Program-made: the position numbers and the translations under genes
Notes under the pieces: generated by a model
Database searches by the model: none
What the model was told of the DNA's origin: nothing
What the model saw: only the letters and a program-made list of their open reading frames with translations
In this document: one piece after another, positions 35,939 through 45,800 of the stretch
How the letters are laid out: every line of letters starts with the position of its first letter
Numbering within the stretch: position 1 is the stretch's first letter
From: a virus
Length of the DNA: 64,000 nt
IMG/VR virus record: IMGVR_UViG_3300027509_000002
Coordinates: 1 to 64,000 of that record
Direction: 5' to 3' (one strand)

Positions 35939-36678
35939 AAGACATACCGTTAATAATCCCAAATTTTAACCAGCTTACTTATTTAAAGAATCTTATTACA
36001 TGGTTTCATTATTACTATCCAGAAAATAAGGTTTTTGTGATTGATAATTTATCTAATTATAAACCATTATTGGATTGGTATGGCGATAACAAGGATCACC
36101 GAATACATATAGTGAGATGCAGTGTTAATAATTGCGGTGTCAACTTAGAAACGTTTATTAAAAAACATATACATGGACAATATAAATACTACTGCATTAG
36201 TAATGCGGATATAATGCCACACCCTAATGTACCTGAGAACTTCTTAGAGATCTTTAAGGACACTTTAAATACATATCGGTTACATAGAGTTGGTTTTCAG
36301 CTTATATTAGATGATTTGCCTGATTTCATAGATAATAGAGTGGAGATCTTAAAGAATGAAAGAAAGTTTTGGAAGAAGCCCATGGATATAATACACAAAG
36401 GAAAAAAATATCGTGGGTATAAAGCACCTATCGATTTAACATTTGCCCTTTATACTGTTAAAAATGGTGGCTGGAAATTTAAAGATAGAACCAAATCGAT
36501 TTGGGAAAATTCATTGAGGTTGTTTAGAGCGTTCCATTTTGGATGGTATATTGATCCTAAAACACAAATTCAAGAAACAATTCAGTATTTTAAAAACGCA
36601 AAAACAAAATCTGATAAAGCGAAATTGAAGGGAAATCTAAAGGGTATTAATACATATAGGCCAAAAACATTCAGATGA
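35935..36678 (+). CDS. GT-A (family 2-like) glycosyltransferase
   Basis: N-terminal IPLIIPNFNQLTYLKNLI..VFVIDNLSNY matches the GT2 nucleotide-binding pattern. Confidence 0.5.
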   Translation: MKDIPLIIPNFNQLTYLKNLITWFHYYYPENKVFVIDNLSNYKPLLDWYGDNKDHRIHIVRCSVNNCGVNLETFIKKHIHGQYKYYCISNADIMPHPNVPENFLEIFKDTLNTYRLHRVGFQLILDDLPDFIDNRVEILKNERKFWKKPMDIIHKGKKYRGYKAPIDLTFALYTVKNGGWKFKDRTKSIWENSLRLFRAFHFGWYIDPKTQIQETIQYFKNAKTKSDKAKLKGNLKGINTYRPKTFR

Positions 36679-37403
36679 CAATCTCTTTAACAACTATTAC
36701 TTTTTATAAGATTTATCAAAATCTCATATTCCAAAAGCCTTTTCATTATACTAGATTTGGGGACGGGGACTTAATGATTATGCATGGTAAGGATGAAAAA
36801 TTTCATGATGCATCAGAGGATTTAACAAGGGAGCTGATAGAGTCTTTTTTAATAGAAGATCCAAAATACTTGAAGGCGTTAAGTGGAAATTATGAGAATG
36901 AGGAACACATGTCTAAGGGTGTTTTTGCACCCTTTGATAACAAATCGGAGCTTGAAGATATGGCTTTTGCATTAAATCCTGAGAGAACCCAATACGAGAA
37001 CCCAATAGCCCTACATTATTTTTACTGCTTTGAATACCCATTGTTCCACAGAATGATGTTAAAGTACATTAAGCCAGCAAAAAAGATGTTTATTGGCTGT
37101 GTAGATAAAGAGGTTGCAGAAACATTATTTGGTAAGATTGATATTTATGTGCGAACAGCCCCATATAATTCCTACAAAGACATAGATAGTTGGTATTTGC
37201 AGGTATTGGACGGGATGCACGATGTCGATCTTATTTTACCCTGTACAGGCATATCTACAAGGGTGGTGCAAAAAAGAATATATGAAGCAGGCTTTAAGGG
37301 GTCATCAATAGATTTTGGAAGCATTATTGATAGTTTTGCTGGTTTTCCTACGCGTAAATGGATCAAAAAATTGGGTTTACATGAAAATAGAAGAGAAGGA
37401 TAA
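36675..37403 (+). CDS. possible GT-D (DUF1792-like) glycosyltransferase
   Basis: YTRFGDGDLMIMHG recalls the RFGDGE motif. This is weak evidence. The gene is embedded between GT genes. Confidence 0.3.
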   Translation: MTISLTTITFYKIYQNLIFQKPFHYTRFGDGDLMIMHGKDEKFHDASEDLTRELIESFLIEDPKYLKALSGNYENEEHMSKGVFAPFDNKSELEDMAFALNPERTQYENPIALHYFYCFEYPLFHRMMLKYIKPAKKMFIGCVDKEVAETLFGKIDIYVRTAPYNSYKDIDSWYLQVLDGMHDVDLILPCTGISTRVVQKRIYEAGFKGSSIDFGSIIDSFAGFPTRKWIKKLGLHENRREG

Positions 37404-38193
37404 AAAATCTGGTATTTATTGCATTAAAAATGTAATAAATGGAAAAATGTATATTGGCAGTGCCACATACATAAGGTCTAGGTGGAATTTACATAGAAAA
37501 CAATTAAAGGAGAATATGCATCATTCTAAAAAACTCCAAAGAGCATGGAAGAAGTATGGCGGTAAAAATTTTTTATTTGAAATATTAGAGTATTGCAAAA
37601 TTGATTTTTTAGTAGAAAGAGAGCAGTATTTTTTAAACAATATTTTAAAAGCAGATGAAGATTCAAGGTATTTTGAAGACTATGGATATAATATTTTGAG
37701 AACCGCTAATTCTCTTTTGGGATTTAAGCATTCAGATGAAACAAAAAAGAAGATGTCTGATGCAAAGATTGGCTATATTCCTTGGAATAAAGGTAAGTCT
37801 GGGTTTACAGTGTTAGATGACACAAAAAGAAAAATAAGCAGCACTTTGAAGGGATATGTAAGACCTTCATTTACCAAAGAACATAGGAAAAAACTTGCCG
37901 AGGCAAATAAAAATAGATCATGCGACAGAAGTGCTATGTCGAAAAAAGGGAATAAAAAACGAATGTCAAATCCCAAATTTCTGAAACATTTAGAAAACCT
38001 AGTGACTATGGCAACAAGTGCAAAACAAAAAATAGTTTGGAAAATTGATCCATTAACTAATAAAGTGGTGGAGCAATTTGATTCAATCAATGAAGCAGGA
38101 GAGTCTATTAATAAGGGTGCTCGCAAATATATACGAATTTCGTCTCGAAAAAAGACGACATATAAGGGGTTTTTATGGAAAATAGAGAGTTAG
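37381..38193 (+). CDS. GIY-YIG homing endonuclease with NUMOD3 repeats
   Basis: GIYCIKNVINGKMYIGSATYIRSRWNLHRKQL, then HSDETKKKMSDAKIGYIPWNKGKSG. Start at ATG 37381. Confidence 0.85.
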   Translation: MKIEEKDKKSGIYCIKNVINGKMYIGSATYIRSRWNLHRKQLKENMHHSKKLQRAWKKYGGKNFLFEILEYCKIDFLVEREQYFLNNILKADEDSRYFEDYGYNILRTANSLLGFKHSDETKKKMSDAKIGYIPWNKGKSGFTVLDDTKRKISSTLKGYVRPSFTKEHRKKLAEANKNRSCDRSAMSKKGNKKRMSNPKFLKHLENLVTMATSAKQKIVWKIDPLTNKVVEQFDSINEAGESINKGARKYIRISSRKKTTYKGFLWKIES

Positions 38194-38927
38194 TTGATGT
38201 GGTTTTTAAACTTGGTATTGGGTCAAATTATGCAGATAGGGAGCTAAGATATGCTCTTAGGAGTCTATATCATTTTAAGGACTTAGGAAAGGTTTTTGTT
38301 GTTGGACATAAACCAAGTTGGTTAAATGATGAGAAGGTGATACATATTCCAGCCACCGATCCCTACAAAGCCTCAAAAGATTGTAATTTAATCAATAAGC
38401 TCATATTGGCATCAGTACATCCTGAATTGTCAGATCAGTTTCTTAATATGTCTGACGATCAAGTATTTTTAAGAGATATAGATGCATCTTTTTTTATAAA
38501 ACCCATATATGACAATACACCCATGTCCAAAGCATTAGAGCCCAATAAGGTTTTGAATAAATGGCAGAAGAGATTAAGAAATACCAAAAATGCTTTAGTT
38601 AAGAATCATTACAGTTATAATTGCTATGAAACCCATATGCCCTGTTTGATCAATAAGCATGATTTTATGACAACTATATTTAAATATGATTATGGATTTG
38701 ACATTGGATATGTGGGCAATACTCTGTATTACAATACTTTAAGGGCAAATGGGAGGTCTTTAAGGCCAATAGATCTTATCAGGTTAGGAAAGAAAACGTT
38801 AGCCTCACAGATCATTAGAGAAGCCACTGGAAAAGTCTTTTTGAACTACACCAATAAAGCCATGGATGAAAATCTTTTGAATGCATTAGATCATTTGTTT
38901 CCTAATAAATCAGTATATGAGAAGTAA
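38175..38927 (+). CDS. hypothetical protein, possible sugar/phosphosugar transferase
   Basis: Last gene of the GT island. NMSDDQVFL is a DxD-like motif. No firm family assignment. Confidence 0.25.
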   Translation: MENRELVDVVFKLGIGSNYADRELRYALRSLYHFKDLGKVFVVGHKPSWLNDEKVIHIPATDPYKASKDCNLINKLILASVHPELSDQFLNMSDDQVFLRDIDASFFIKPIYDNTPMSKALEPNKVLNKWQKRLRNTKNALVKNHYSYNCYETHMPCLINKHDFMTTIFKYDYGFDIGYVGNTLYYNTLRANGRSLRPIDLIRLGKKTLASQIIREATGKVFLNYTNKAMDENLLNALDHLFPNKSVYEK

Positions 38928-38932
38928 TTAGT

Positions 38933-38948
38933 CATTGATTATATTTAT
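38933..38948 (+). promoter_or_regulatory. promoter-like box CATTGATTATATTTAT
   Basis: Exact copy of 19611-19626. It ends 3 nt before ATG 38952. Confidence 0.4.
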
Positions 38949-38951
38949 ATA

Positions 38952-39452
38952 ATGAAAATCAGTGATCACATATCATATAGGGAAGCAATCAAATCAAATA
39001 CAGCAATTAGGTACGGAATCTTAAATTTACCAGATAAAGATCACATTGAGGCCATGAAATTACTTGCTGAGAAAATTTTTGAGCCAGTGAGAAAAGTCAA
39101 CAATAAGCCTATTGCAGTCACTTCATTCTTTAGAAATGAGCGACTTAATAGCATTATTGGTGGATCTAGTAGTTCACAGCACATGTCAGGTGAAGCAATG
39201 GATATAGATGCAGATATTTATTCCAATGGTATTACAAATGGCTGGATTTTTCACTATATTAGAAAAAATCTTGATTTTGATCAATTAATTGCCGAATTTC
39301 CAGATAAATATGGCCGTCCTAGATGGATTCATGTATCGTACTCGAAAAGAGGAAATAGAAATATGGCATTGGTGGCAAAGAAAAAGAAGTTTGGCAATAA
39401 AATAAAGACCGTATATGAAATATATGATCCTAAAAAACATTTAATTAAGTAA
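38952..39452 (+). CDS. peptidase M15 family endolysin (cell-wall peptidase)
   Basis: SSSQHMSGEAMDIDA and RWIHVSY form the H..D..H zinc site typical of M15 / VanY-like phage lysins. Confidence 0.7.
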   Translation: MKISDHISYREAIKSNTAIRYGILNLPDKDHIEAMKLLAEKIFEPVRKVNNKPIAVTSFFRNERLNSIIGGSSSSQHMSGEAMDIDADIYSNGITNGWIFHYIRKNLDFDQLIAEFPDKYGRPRWIHVSYSKRGNRNMALVAKKKKFGNKIKTVYEIYDPKKHLIK

Positions 39453-39453
39453 A

Positions 39454-39585
39454 ATGGCAAAGATTACTGTATCAGGCAAGCAAGTGTCTGCAAAAAAGAA
39501 AAGAAAAGGTGTACACTCTAAAAAGAAAACATCTAAAAATATCGGTGCAAAAAACTATAAAAAGCCCTCTGTAGGACAGGGATAA
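39454..39585 (+). CDS. 43-aa highly basic peptide (below ORF-track cutoff)
   Basis: Product is MAKITVSGKQVSAKKKRKGVHSKKKTSKNIGAKNYKKPSVGQG. It exactly fills the gap between the endolysin and the first giant ORF. Confidence 0.45.
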   Translation: MAKITVSGKQVSAKKKRKGVHSKKKTSKNIGAKNYKKPSVGQG

Positions 39586-39596
39586 AAAATAAAGAT

Positions 39597-41414
39597 ATGA
39601 GCAATATACTAGAATTTGGTGAAGAGTTTGATTATCAGGATATAAATGCCCCTAGACGGGAGCAAATGCAGAAGTCATTTATTCAAGATGAAGAGTCAAT
39701 TGAAAAGGGAAACGTGAAGGGTCATTGGAGAACCACTAAGTCTGGCAAAAAGGTGTTCGTGAAAGACCATAGCAATGCGAAAACCAAAAAAGATTCTTTA
39801 TCAGCAAAAGAAAAAAGAGGCATAGAAGAAAGAACAAAAGAGAGAGCTGAAAAAATTGATTATTTATCTGATTATGAAAAACAGCCTAAAGAAGTACAGG
39901 CTATCATGGAGACTCTATCAGAGGGTGATGAATATGGATCTGATTCACCAGATGGATTAGAAGCAGCTCAAAAGAAACTTGCTGCTATTGGCTGGAAAAT
40001 GGAATACGGATTAGATGGTGGAGTGCATACATTAGAGCCGATTCAAAACAAAAAAAAAGCACTGCCAAAATATGATCAGTCATCCATAGATCAGGCAGCT
40101 AAACATATTTCTAGTATGACGGGCACACGAGATTCTGCCGTGAAGGATTTTGCCTCTGAAAATAACATTGATATAATGAAATTGGCTACGTATGTGGGGT
40201 CAAAGAAAATAAAACCAATGGATTTTTCGACAGCTATTTCAGGAAACAAGGGTAATCCATATGCTACAAAAATTGTAGATGCACTCACCAAGTCTCATGA
40301 GGAAACCATCGAAAAGGGTGGCTCAAAGCAAATCACCATTACACACAACAAAACAGGAAAAGAATTAACTGGTAGGTGGGTAACAATTAATGGTTCACAC
40401 GTATTTGTTTCAGGCGGTGGAGTTGAAATAGGAGCTAAAGAGATTAAGAACTATAGTGAAGGAAAAGGTGGTTCAGGTAAGTCAGAAGACACTAAGGGTA
40501 AAAAGGCTCTAAAGGAAGTGCAGAATAAAGACGATTTTGCTAGAAAAAATATTTCTGGTGATGAGCGTAGAGCTTTAAAGTCTAAATACGATGGTATGAG
40601 CAAGGATGAGCGAGCAGGACGTACTTGGGAGGCTTATTTGAACGATGAGGCCAAGAAAAAAGGAGGCGATAGTTCAGAAAAGACATCAGAAAAGACATCA
40701 GGAAAGAAGTCGGAGATTGAGGCCGTTAAACCTGGTGAAACAGTAACAGAAAAAGACGTTAACCCAGTAGAAAAAAAAGACGAGTCTTATAAGAAAACCG
40801 ATAAGTGGAAGGCTTTACATTCAAATGACAAAAAATCTATAGAAGCAGCAAAGAATTTAAAACATCTTGATTTAGATAAACTCACGTCTTCTGAATATTC
40901 TGATTTACAGGAAATGTTTGTTATAGTGGAGATGGAAATGCCAAGATCAGAAATAACCGCAGGAGATGAGATTGCTTTTAGATTACAATATGCCAATGCC
41001 GATGAAAAATTTAATGGGGTTTCTTTAAAAGACATGTATAAACTAGATGCAGGCAACGCAGCCGATTCTAAAGCAATGAATAAATGGTCAGAGGCGAAAG
41101 AGAAGAAAGTAAACGATGCCCTAGATGCATTTGAGAAGGAGGTTCAGAAAGAAATAGATGAAAAAAATCAAGTGGTACAGCAGGTAGCTAAGGAGGGCGT
41201 GAATATGAAGAACATTGCATCCATTATCTCTTCATCAATAGCGATTGAATACTTCACAGAAGAACTCAATGAAGACATATTAAATCAGCTTACTGCATTA
41301 GACAAGAAATACAATAAGCCTGTAGATCCAAATCAGCAAAGAATGTTTAAATCAGTTCAATCTATCACAGATAGAATTGAAGGTATATCGGACAAACTTG
41401 ACAGCCTTATATAA
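39597..41414 (+). CDS. K/E-rich polyvalent-type virion protein 1 (605 aa)
   Basis: Low-complexity charged linkers. Two IEKG plus hairpin modules: GHWRTTKSGKKVFVKDH and GRWVTINGSHVFVSGG. Confidence 0.6.
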   Translation: MSNILEFGEEFDYQDINAPRREQMQKSFIQDEESIEKGNVKGHWRTTKSGKKVFVKDHSNAKTKKDSLSAKEKRGIEERTKERAEKIDYLSDYEKQPKEVQAIMETLSEGDEYGSDSPDGLEAAQKKLAAIGWKMEYGLDGGVHTLEPIQNKKKALPKYDQSSIDQAAKHISSMTGTRDSAVKDFASENNIDIMKLATYVGSKKIKPMDFSTAISGNKGNPYATKIVDALTKSHEETIEKGGSKQITITHNKTGKELTGRWVTINGSHVFVSGGGVEIGAKEIKNYSEGKGGSGKSEDTKGKKALKEVQNKDDFARKNISGDERRALKSKYDGMSKDERAGRTWEAYLNDEAKKKGGDSSEKTSEKTSGKKSEIEAVKPGETVTEKDVNPVEKKDESYKKTDKWKALHSNDKKSIEAAKNLKHLDLDKLTSSEYSDLQEMFVIVEMEMPRSEITAGDEIAFRLQYANADEKFNGVSLKDMYKLDAGNAADSKAMNKWSEAKEKKVNDALDAFEKEVQKEIDEKNQVVQQVAKEGVNMKNIASIISSSIAIEYFTEELNEDILNQLTALDKKYNKPVDPNQQRMFKSVQSITDRIEGISDKLDSLI

Positions 41415-42895
41415 TGGAGTTTTTTGACGACATAGAAAAAGCTCATGATCCCTCAAAAGGGGGTAAATTGGTTAAGAAAACCATTGTAGATAAAACTGGT
41501 AAAAGAACCACTAAGTGGGTCAGCAAGGAACAAGCATCTAAGATGCAGGGAGGCCAAAACACTGATCCAGAAGAAGCACCAGTAGATACTACTAAAATCA
41601 CTGACTTACCAAGTAACCACAAAGCTGCTTTAGAGGTTATTAAGGAGTCTATGGACAATGGGGACTTAGATCATGCCTTAGAGCTTGCCAATAAGCTACC
41701 AGACGAGGTAAAGGAATATATACCTAAAGAGGATTGGAAAAAGCTATTGACTAAACGTGAAGAAGAGTCGGAGCAGGATGCAGAAAATAAGTCAGAGCCT
41801 AAGTCAGAGACTAAGAAAGAGACTAAGCCGAAAAAAAAGAAAGATACAAAAGACGGTATTGAGTATGCAGATGAGGAAATAGTGGGGGCAATTGGCGATC
41901 AATCTAATGCCAAAATGGATGCAAAAATAGATGGAAAAGTAGTTGGTACAGTTTCTTATTCTATATATGAAGGCCAGCCATCAATCCAAATGATAGAGGT
42001 TGGTAAAGATCAAAAAAGAAAATCGATTGCCACTAACTTAATGAAAAATCTACAGAAGAAATATCCAGATGTAGAAATTGACTTGGGTGGCTTTATGACA
42101 GAGGAAGGATCTAATTTTATATCAAAGCTAGATCGAGAGTTTGTCCCCAATACAGCATATAGTGATACAGAAGAACTAATATCTCAGTTACAACAGCAAA
42201 GTGATAAAATCATTGAGGAAATTTCCAACAATAATTACACCAATGCTGATACATTAGATGACATTAGCGACACTATCTATGATTTGAAGGTGGAATTAGA
42301 GGAAGCTGAAAAAGGCAAATATATTATCAATACTAAGGATAAAAAAGTATTGACGGATAAAGAAATATTTGCCGAATATGACCAAGAAGTATCAAAATAT
42401 TCAGAAGATCAGGTTTATAGCTTAAATGAATATAGAGGTGCAGACTATAGAGATATTAATGCAGATCTTAGAGATGACAATGAACTTAATGAAGATAATC
42501 AGCGAATAGTGGACGACATAGATTCGGCCTTTATTCCATCAAAGCAAGATATGGTTCTTACTAGAGGCATTGCAGGTAAATCAGATGAAAAGATAAAGTT
42601 TTTTCTTGATTTAGAAGTAGGTGATGAATATACAGACAAGGGATATTCTTCAACTAGCGTAAGTGCTGATGCCGTAGATGGGTTTTTAGATAACATGTCA
42701 CCACAGTTTAGTAAATCTAAAATGGTTTTAACAATTGTGGCTAAAAAGGGTTCAAAAATTGTGCCTATGCAAAATGTGGGGTCTGAACACAGCAATGAAG
42801 AATATAAAAAGGAAAAGGAAATTTTATTACCAAGAAACAGCAAATTTAAGGTGTTATCTAAAACAAATGGTGCAATGAAAGTGCAGTTATTATGA
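41414..42895 (+). CDS. GNAT-like plus ADP-ribosyltransferase (R-S-ExE class) fusion protein
   Basis: The ART triad is LTRGI (R384), YSSTSV (STS 413-415) and EKEILLPRNSKF (E467-x-E469), preceded by YRGADYRDINADLR. The middle region VGTVSYSIY..KRKSIATNLMKNL is GNAT-like. Confidence 0.75.
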   Translation: MEFFDDIEKAHDPSKGGKLVKKTIVDKTGKRTTKWVSKEQASKMQGGQNTDPEEAPVDTTKITDLPSNHKAALEVIKESMDNGDLDHALELANKLPDEVKEYIPKEDWKKLLTKREEESEQDAENKSEPKSETKKETKPKKKKDTKDGIEYADEEIVGAIGDQSNAKMDAKIDGKVVGTVSYSIYEGQPSIQMIEVGKDQKRKSIATNLMKNLQKKYPDVEIDLGGFMTEEGSNFISKLDREFVPNTAYSDTEELISQLQQQSDKIIEEISNNNYTNADTLDDISDTIYDLKVELEEAEKGKYIINTKDKKVLTDKEIFAEYDQEVSKYSEDQVYSLNEYRGADYRDINADLRDDNELNEDNQRIVDDIDSAFIPSKQDMVLTRGIAGKSDEKIKFFLDLEVGDEYTDKGYSSTSVSADAVDGFLDNMSPQFSKSKMVLTIVAKKGSKIVPMQNVGSEHSNEEYKKEKEILLPRNSKFKVLSKTNGAMKVQLL

Positions 42896-45800
42896 AAGAC
42901 AGATTTATATCCCAAGACAGCAAAGGCTTAGAAAAAGAGATAAGTGTAAAAACAGAAGAGGTTGTTGAAAAAGGACATTCAAATACTAAACTGGTTAAGA
43001 AGCAGGTATTGGTGAATAGGAATGGCAAATCTTTTTATCAAACAGTATATGTTAACCCCGAAACAGGGGAGGAATCAGATACACCAAAAGGAGAAGAGAT
43101 TTCACCCGTTTTAAACGGTATGGAGATTATCAAGTATTCTGATAAAGCCATGCTTATAAAGGGCGATACTTATGTAAACAAAGAGGATTTAAGAGCAGTT
43201 AAAAAGGAAATCGGTGTTGGTAGCTGGAACGCTAAATTGCAGGGGTGGATATTTCCCATTAAATTCAAAGATACTATTCTTGGCTCTTTATGGTCAAAGC
43301 AAATGGAAAAGGGCAATGAAGAAAAAGCCAATGCCATAAAGAACCAAAAGAATGCATCACTTGAAACAGGTGATTTAGCCAGCATTGATGGCCAAGTTGG
43401 TGTTGTAGAAGAAGAAGTTTCAGATTCTAATGGGGTTAAATACAATATTTCTTTGGAGGATGGAAATAAATTGTCTGGCGTAAGCGAAAAAGCTATTTCT
43501 GTAGATCCTGAAACAGACGACAATAAGGTAGCCGAAGCCGTTAATGAAGCCAATGAATTTAATCGAAATAAGACGGCTAAAAAAATATATGGCATTAAAC
43601 CCATAGAAAATGTTCATGAATACACTCTTTCCGACTATTTAGGTTTACATGGAATAACTCAGGAAGAGATAGATAATGCAGTAGCTAAATTAAACTCAAA
43701 GAAGCCAGCTAAGAAACGATCTTCTTTTTCTGGATCATCTACTAGCACAAGATCAACGTCTGGTGAACCCAAAGAGCTCAGTAGGCAACAATTGATCAGC
43801 AAACTAATATATAAACACTATCAATCTGTACAGAAAGCGTTGAACGAAGGCAAATCGGTGTCAGAAAATGTATTGTCCATCTATCCAGATCTAACGCCAC
43901 AAGAGACAGAAGAAAAAGAAGAAGCGGTAGCGGAAGTACCAAAAGAAAAAGAAGCGATGTCAGAAGAGACAAAGCGTAAAATTTCTGAGGCATTGAAGGG
44001 TAAAAAAAGAGGGGGCAAAGAAGTAGAAGAGTGGAAAGAAAAACTATCTGCATTAGAAGTTGAGTTGGAGATCAATCAAAAGGAATTTTATGATTTTAAT
44101 AGGCCAGAATATTCCGATCCTGATTATAACGAACGAAATGTACAGCTTGGAGAGCTACGTACAAAAATAGACGGTCTTAAAAAGTCAATTCATGATACAA
44201 AAAATACCATAAAGGCATTAGAAAACGGAGGATCTATAATGTCTGTAGAAGATAAGTTGGGGAATATACATGATAATATTCCTAGCTTTATTGGAACTTC
44301 TACTGAGGATGTTATGTATGATGAAGATACTATACTAAATAAAGAAAAGCCAGATTTTATACCAGAAATGGACGAAGACTTGCTTGAAAGAGGGAAGTAT
44401 ATGCCAGATGCCATAAAAATCGGTGCTGATCAATATTTGGTGGCTACAAGAAAATATACTGAGAGTTCCAGAAAAACTGGTGAAAGAGGTTATGGAGAAT
44501 TCGTAAAAGAATATAATCCCAATGAACCAGGATATGCCGTTATGAGTCTTGATCAACTTGTTTTAACACAAGACTACTATATTACAAGAGCAAAGGCAAA
44601 AAATAAACAAAAAGCTGCCAAAGACAATCAAAGACAATTAGATCATTGGAATGGCTTATCTGATAAAAGAAAAGAGTATTATTTAATGCAGAGGGGACTA
44701 TATAGAAAACTATCTGCTAAAAAGAAAAAGGAAATTAGCTCAGAGCAATGGGATAGCATGTCATGGCAAGATAGAGAAGAGCATTATAAGCCAATTAAAA
44801 AATTTGGTGTAAAAAGAGTAAGTGTTTATTCTTCTGATAAAACAATGGCTAGTTCGTTTCACTCTATGTATGAAAGATTTACTGATCCAGAAGCAACTAG
44901 AGTTAATGGGGCTGGGAAAACTCTTAAAAGAGGCGAAGGTAGGGGATATGCTCATCCAATTGTTGTAAAAGAGTGGAATACTTTAAGAAATGATTTGGAG
45001 ATAAAATCCAACGATATTAGAATGTATCGTGAAGAATTGGGCGATGGTACTTTTTCAAAGGGAAGAGAAACAGCTTATGGAGACAGTGGTGTTTCCAATG
45101 CCCTTTTAGATTCTCATGGTCTTAAAGTAAAAAGGCAAAATGGAGATGAAATATCGCCAAAAGAAATAGATGAAATTAAGAGTTCTTGGGAAGATGTTAC
45201 GAAATCATTTGGCCCACTAAAAGAAAACGCCAAAGAATTTGGATTAAAAATATCTCATTCTGGGGATAAATTAATGCATGCCAGAAAAGCTCTTGGACTT
45301 TATACCCCAGCACACAAAGCAATTGGTGTAACTGCTAAGGTGGGTCAAGATCAATTTAGCTTTACCCTTGGTCATGAAGTCGCACACTGGATTGATAATT
45401 CATTAGGCAAAAAAGAGGGTAGAAGATTTGCATCTGATAATTTTGAGTCTACTGCTGGCCAAATAGCAAAGACACTTAGAGAAAAAATGAATGGTGAAAA
45501 GCCAAGTAAGTACTATAACAGTACTTGCGAGTGCTTTGCTAGAGCCTTAGAGCAATATCATGCTGTAGAAAGCGTTGGTGAAACTGCTGCTAGAGGCGAA
45601 TCAGGAAAGCCATATTTTGACATGGACTATTATGCATCTAAGTCGGTTTACGATAATGACATAAAGCCATTGATCGAGAAGTTTTTAGGTGAGAATAAAG
45701 AATTTTTTAAATCATTCGGAGCTATGGATATTACAAAAGGATTTATTAAGACATTAATGGATGCAGGATCAAAGTTTCTAGGATCTGATAAGAAAGAGAA

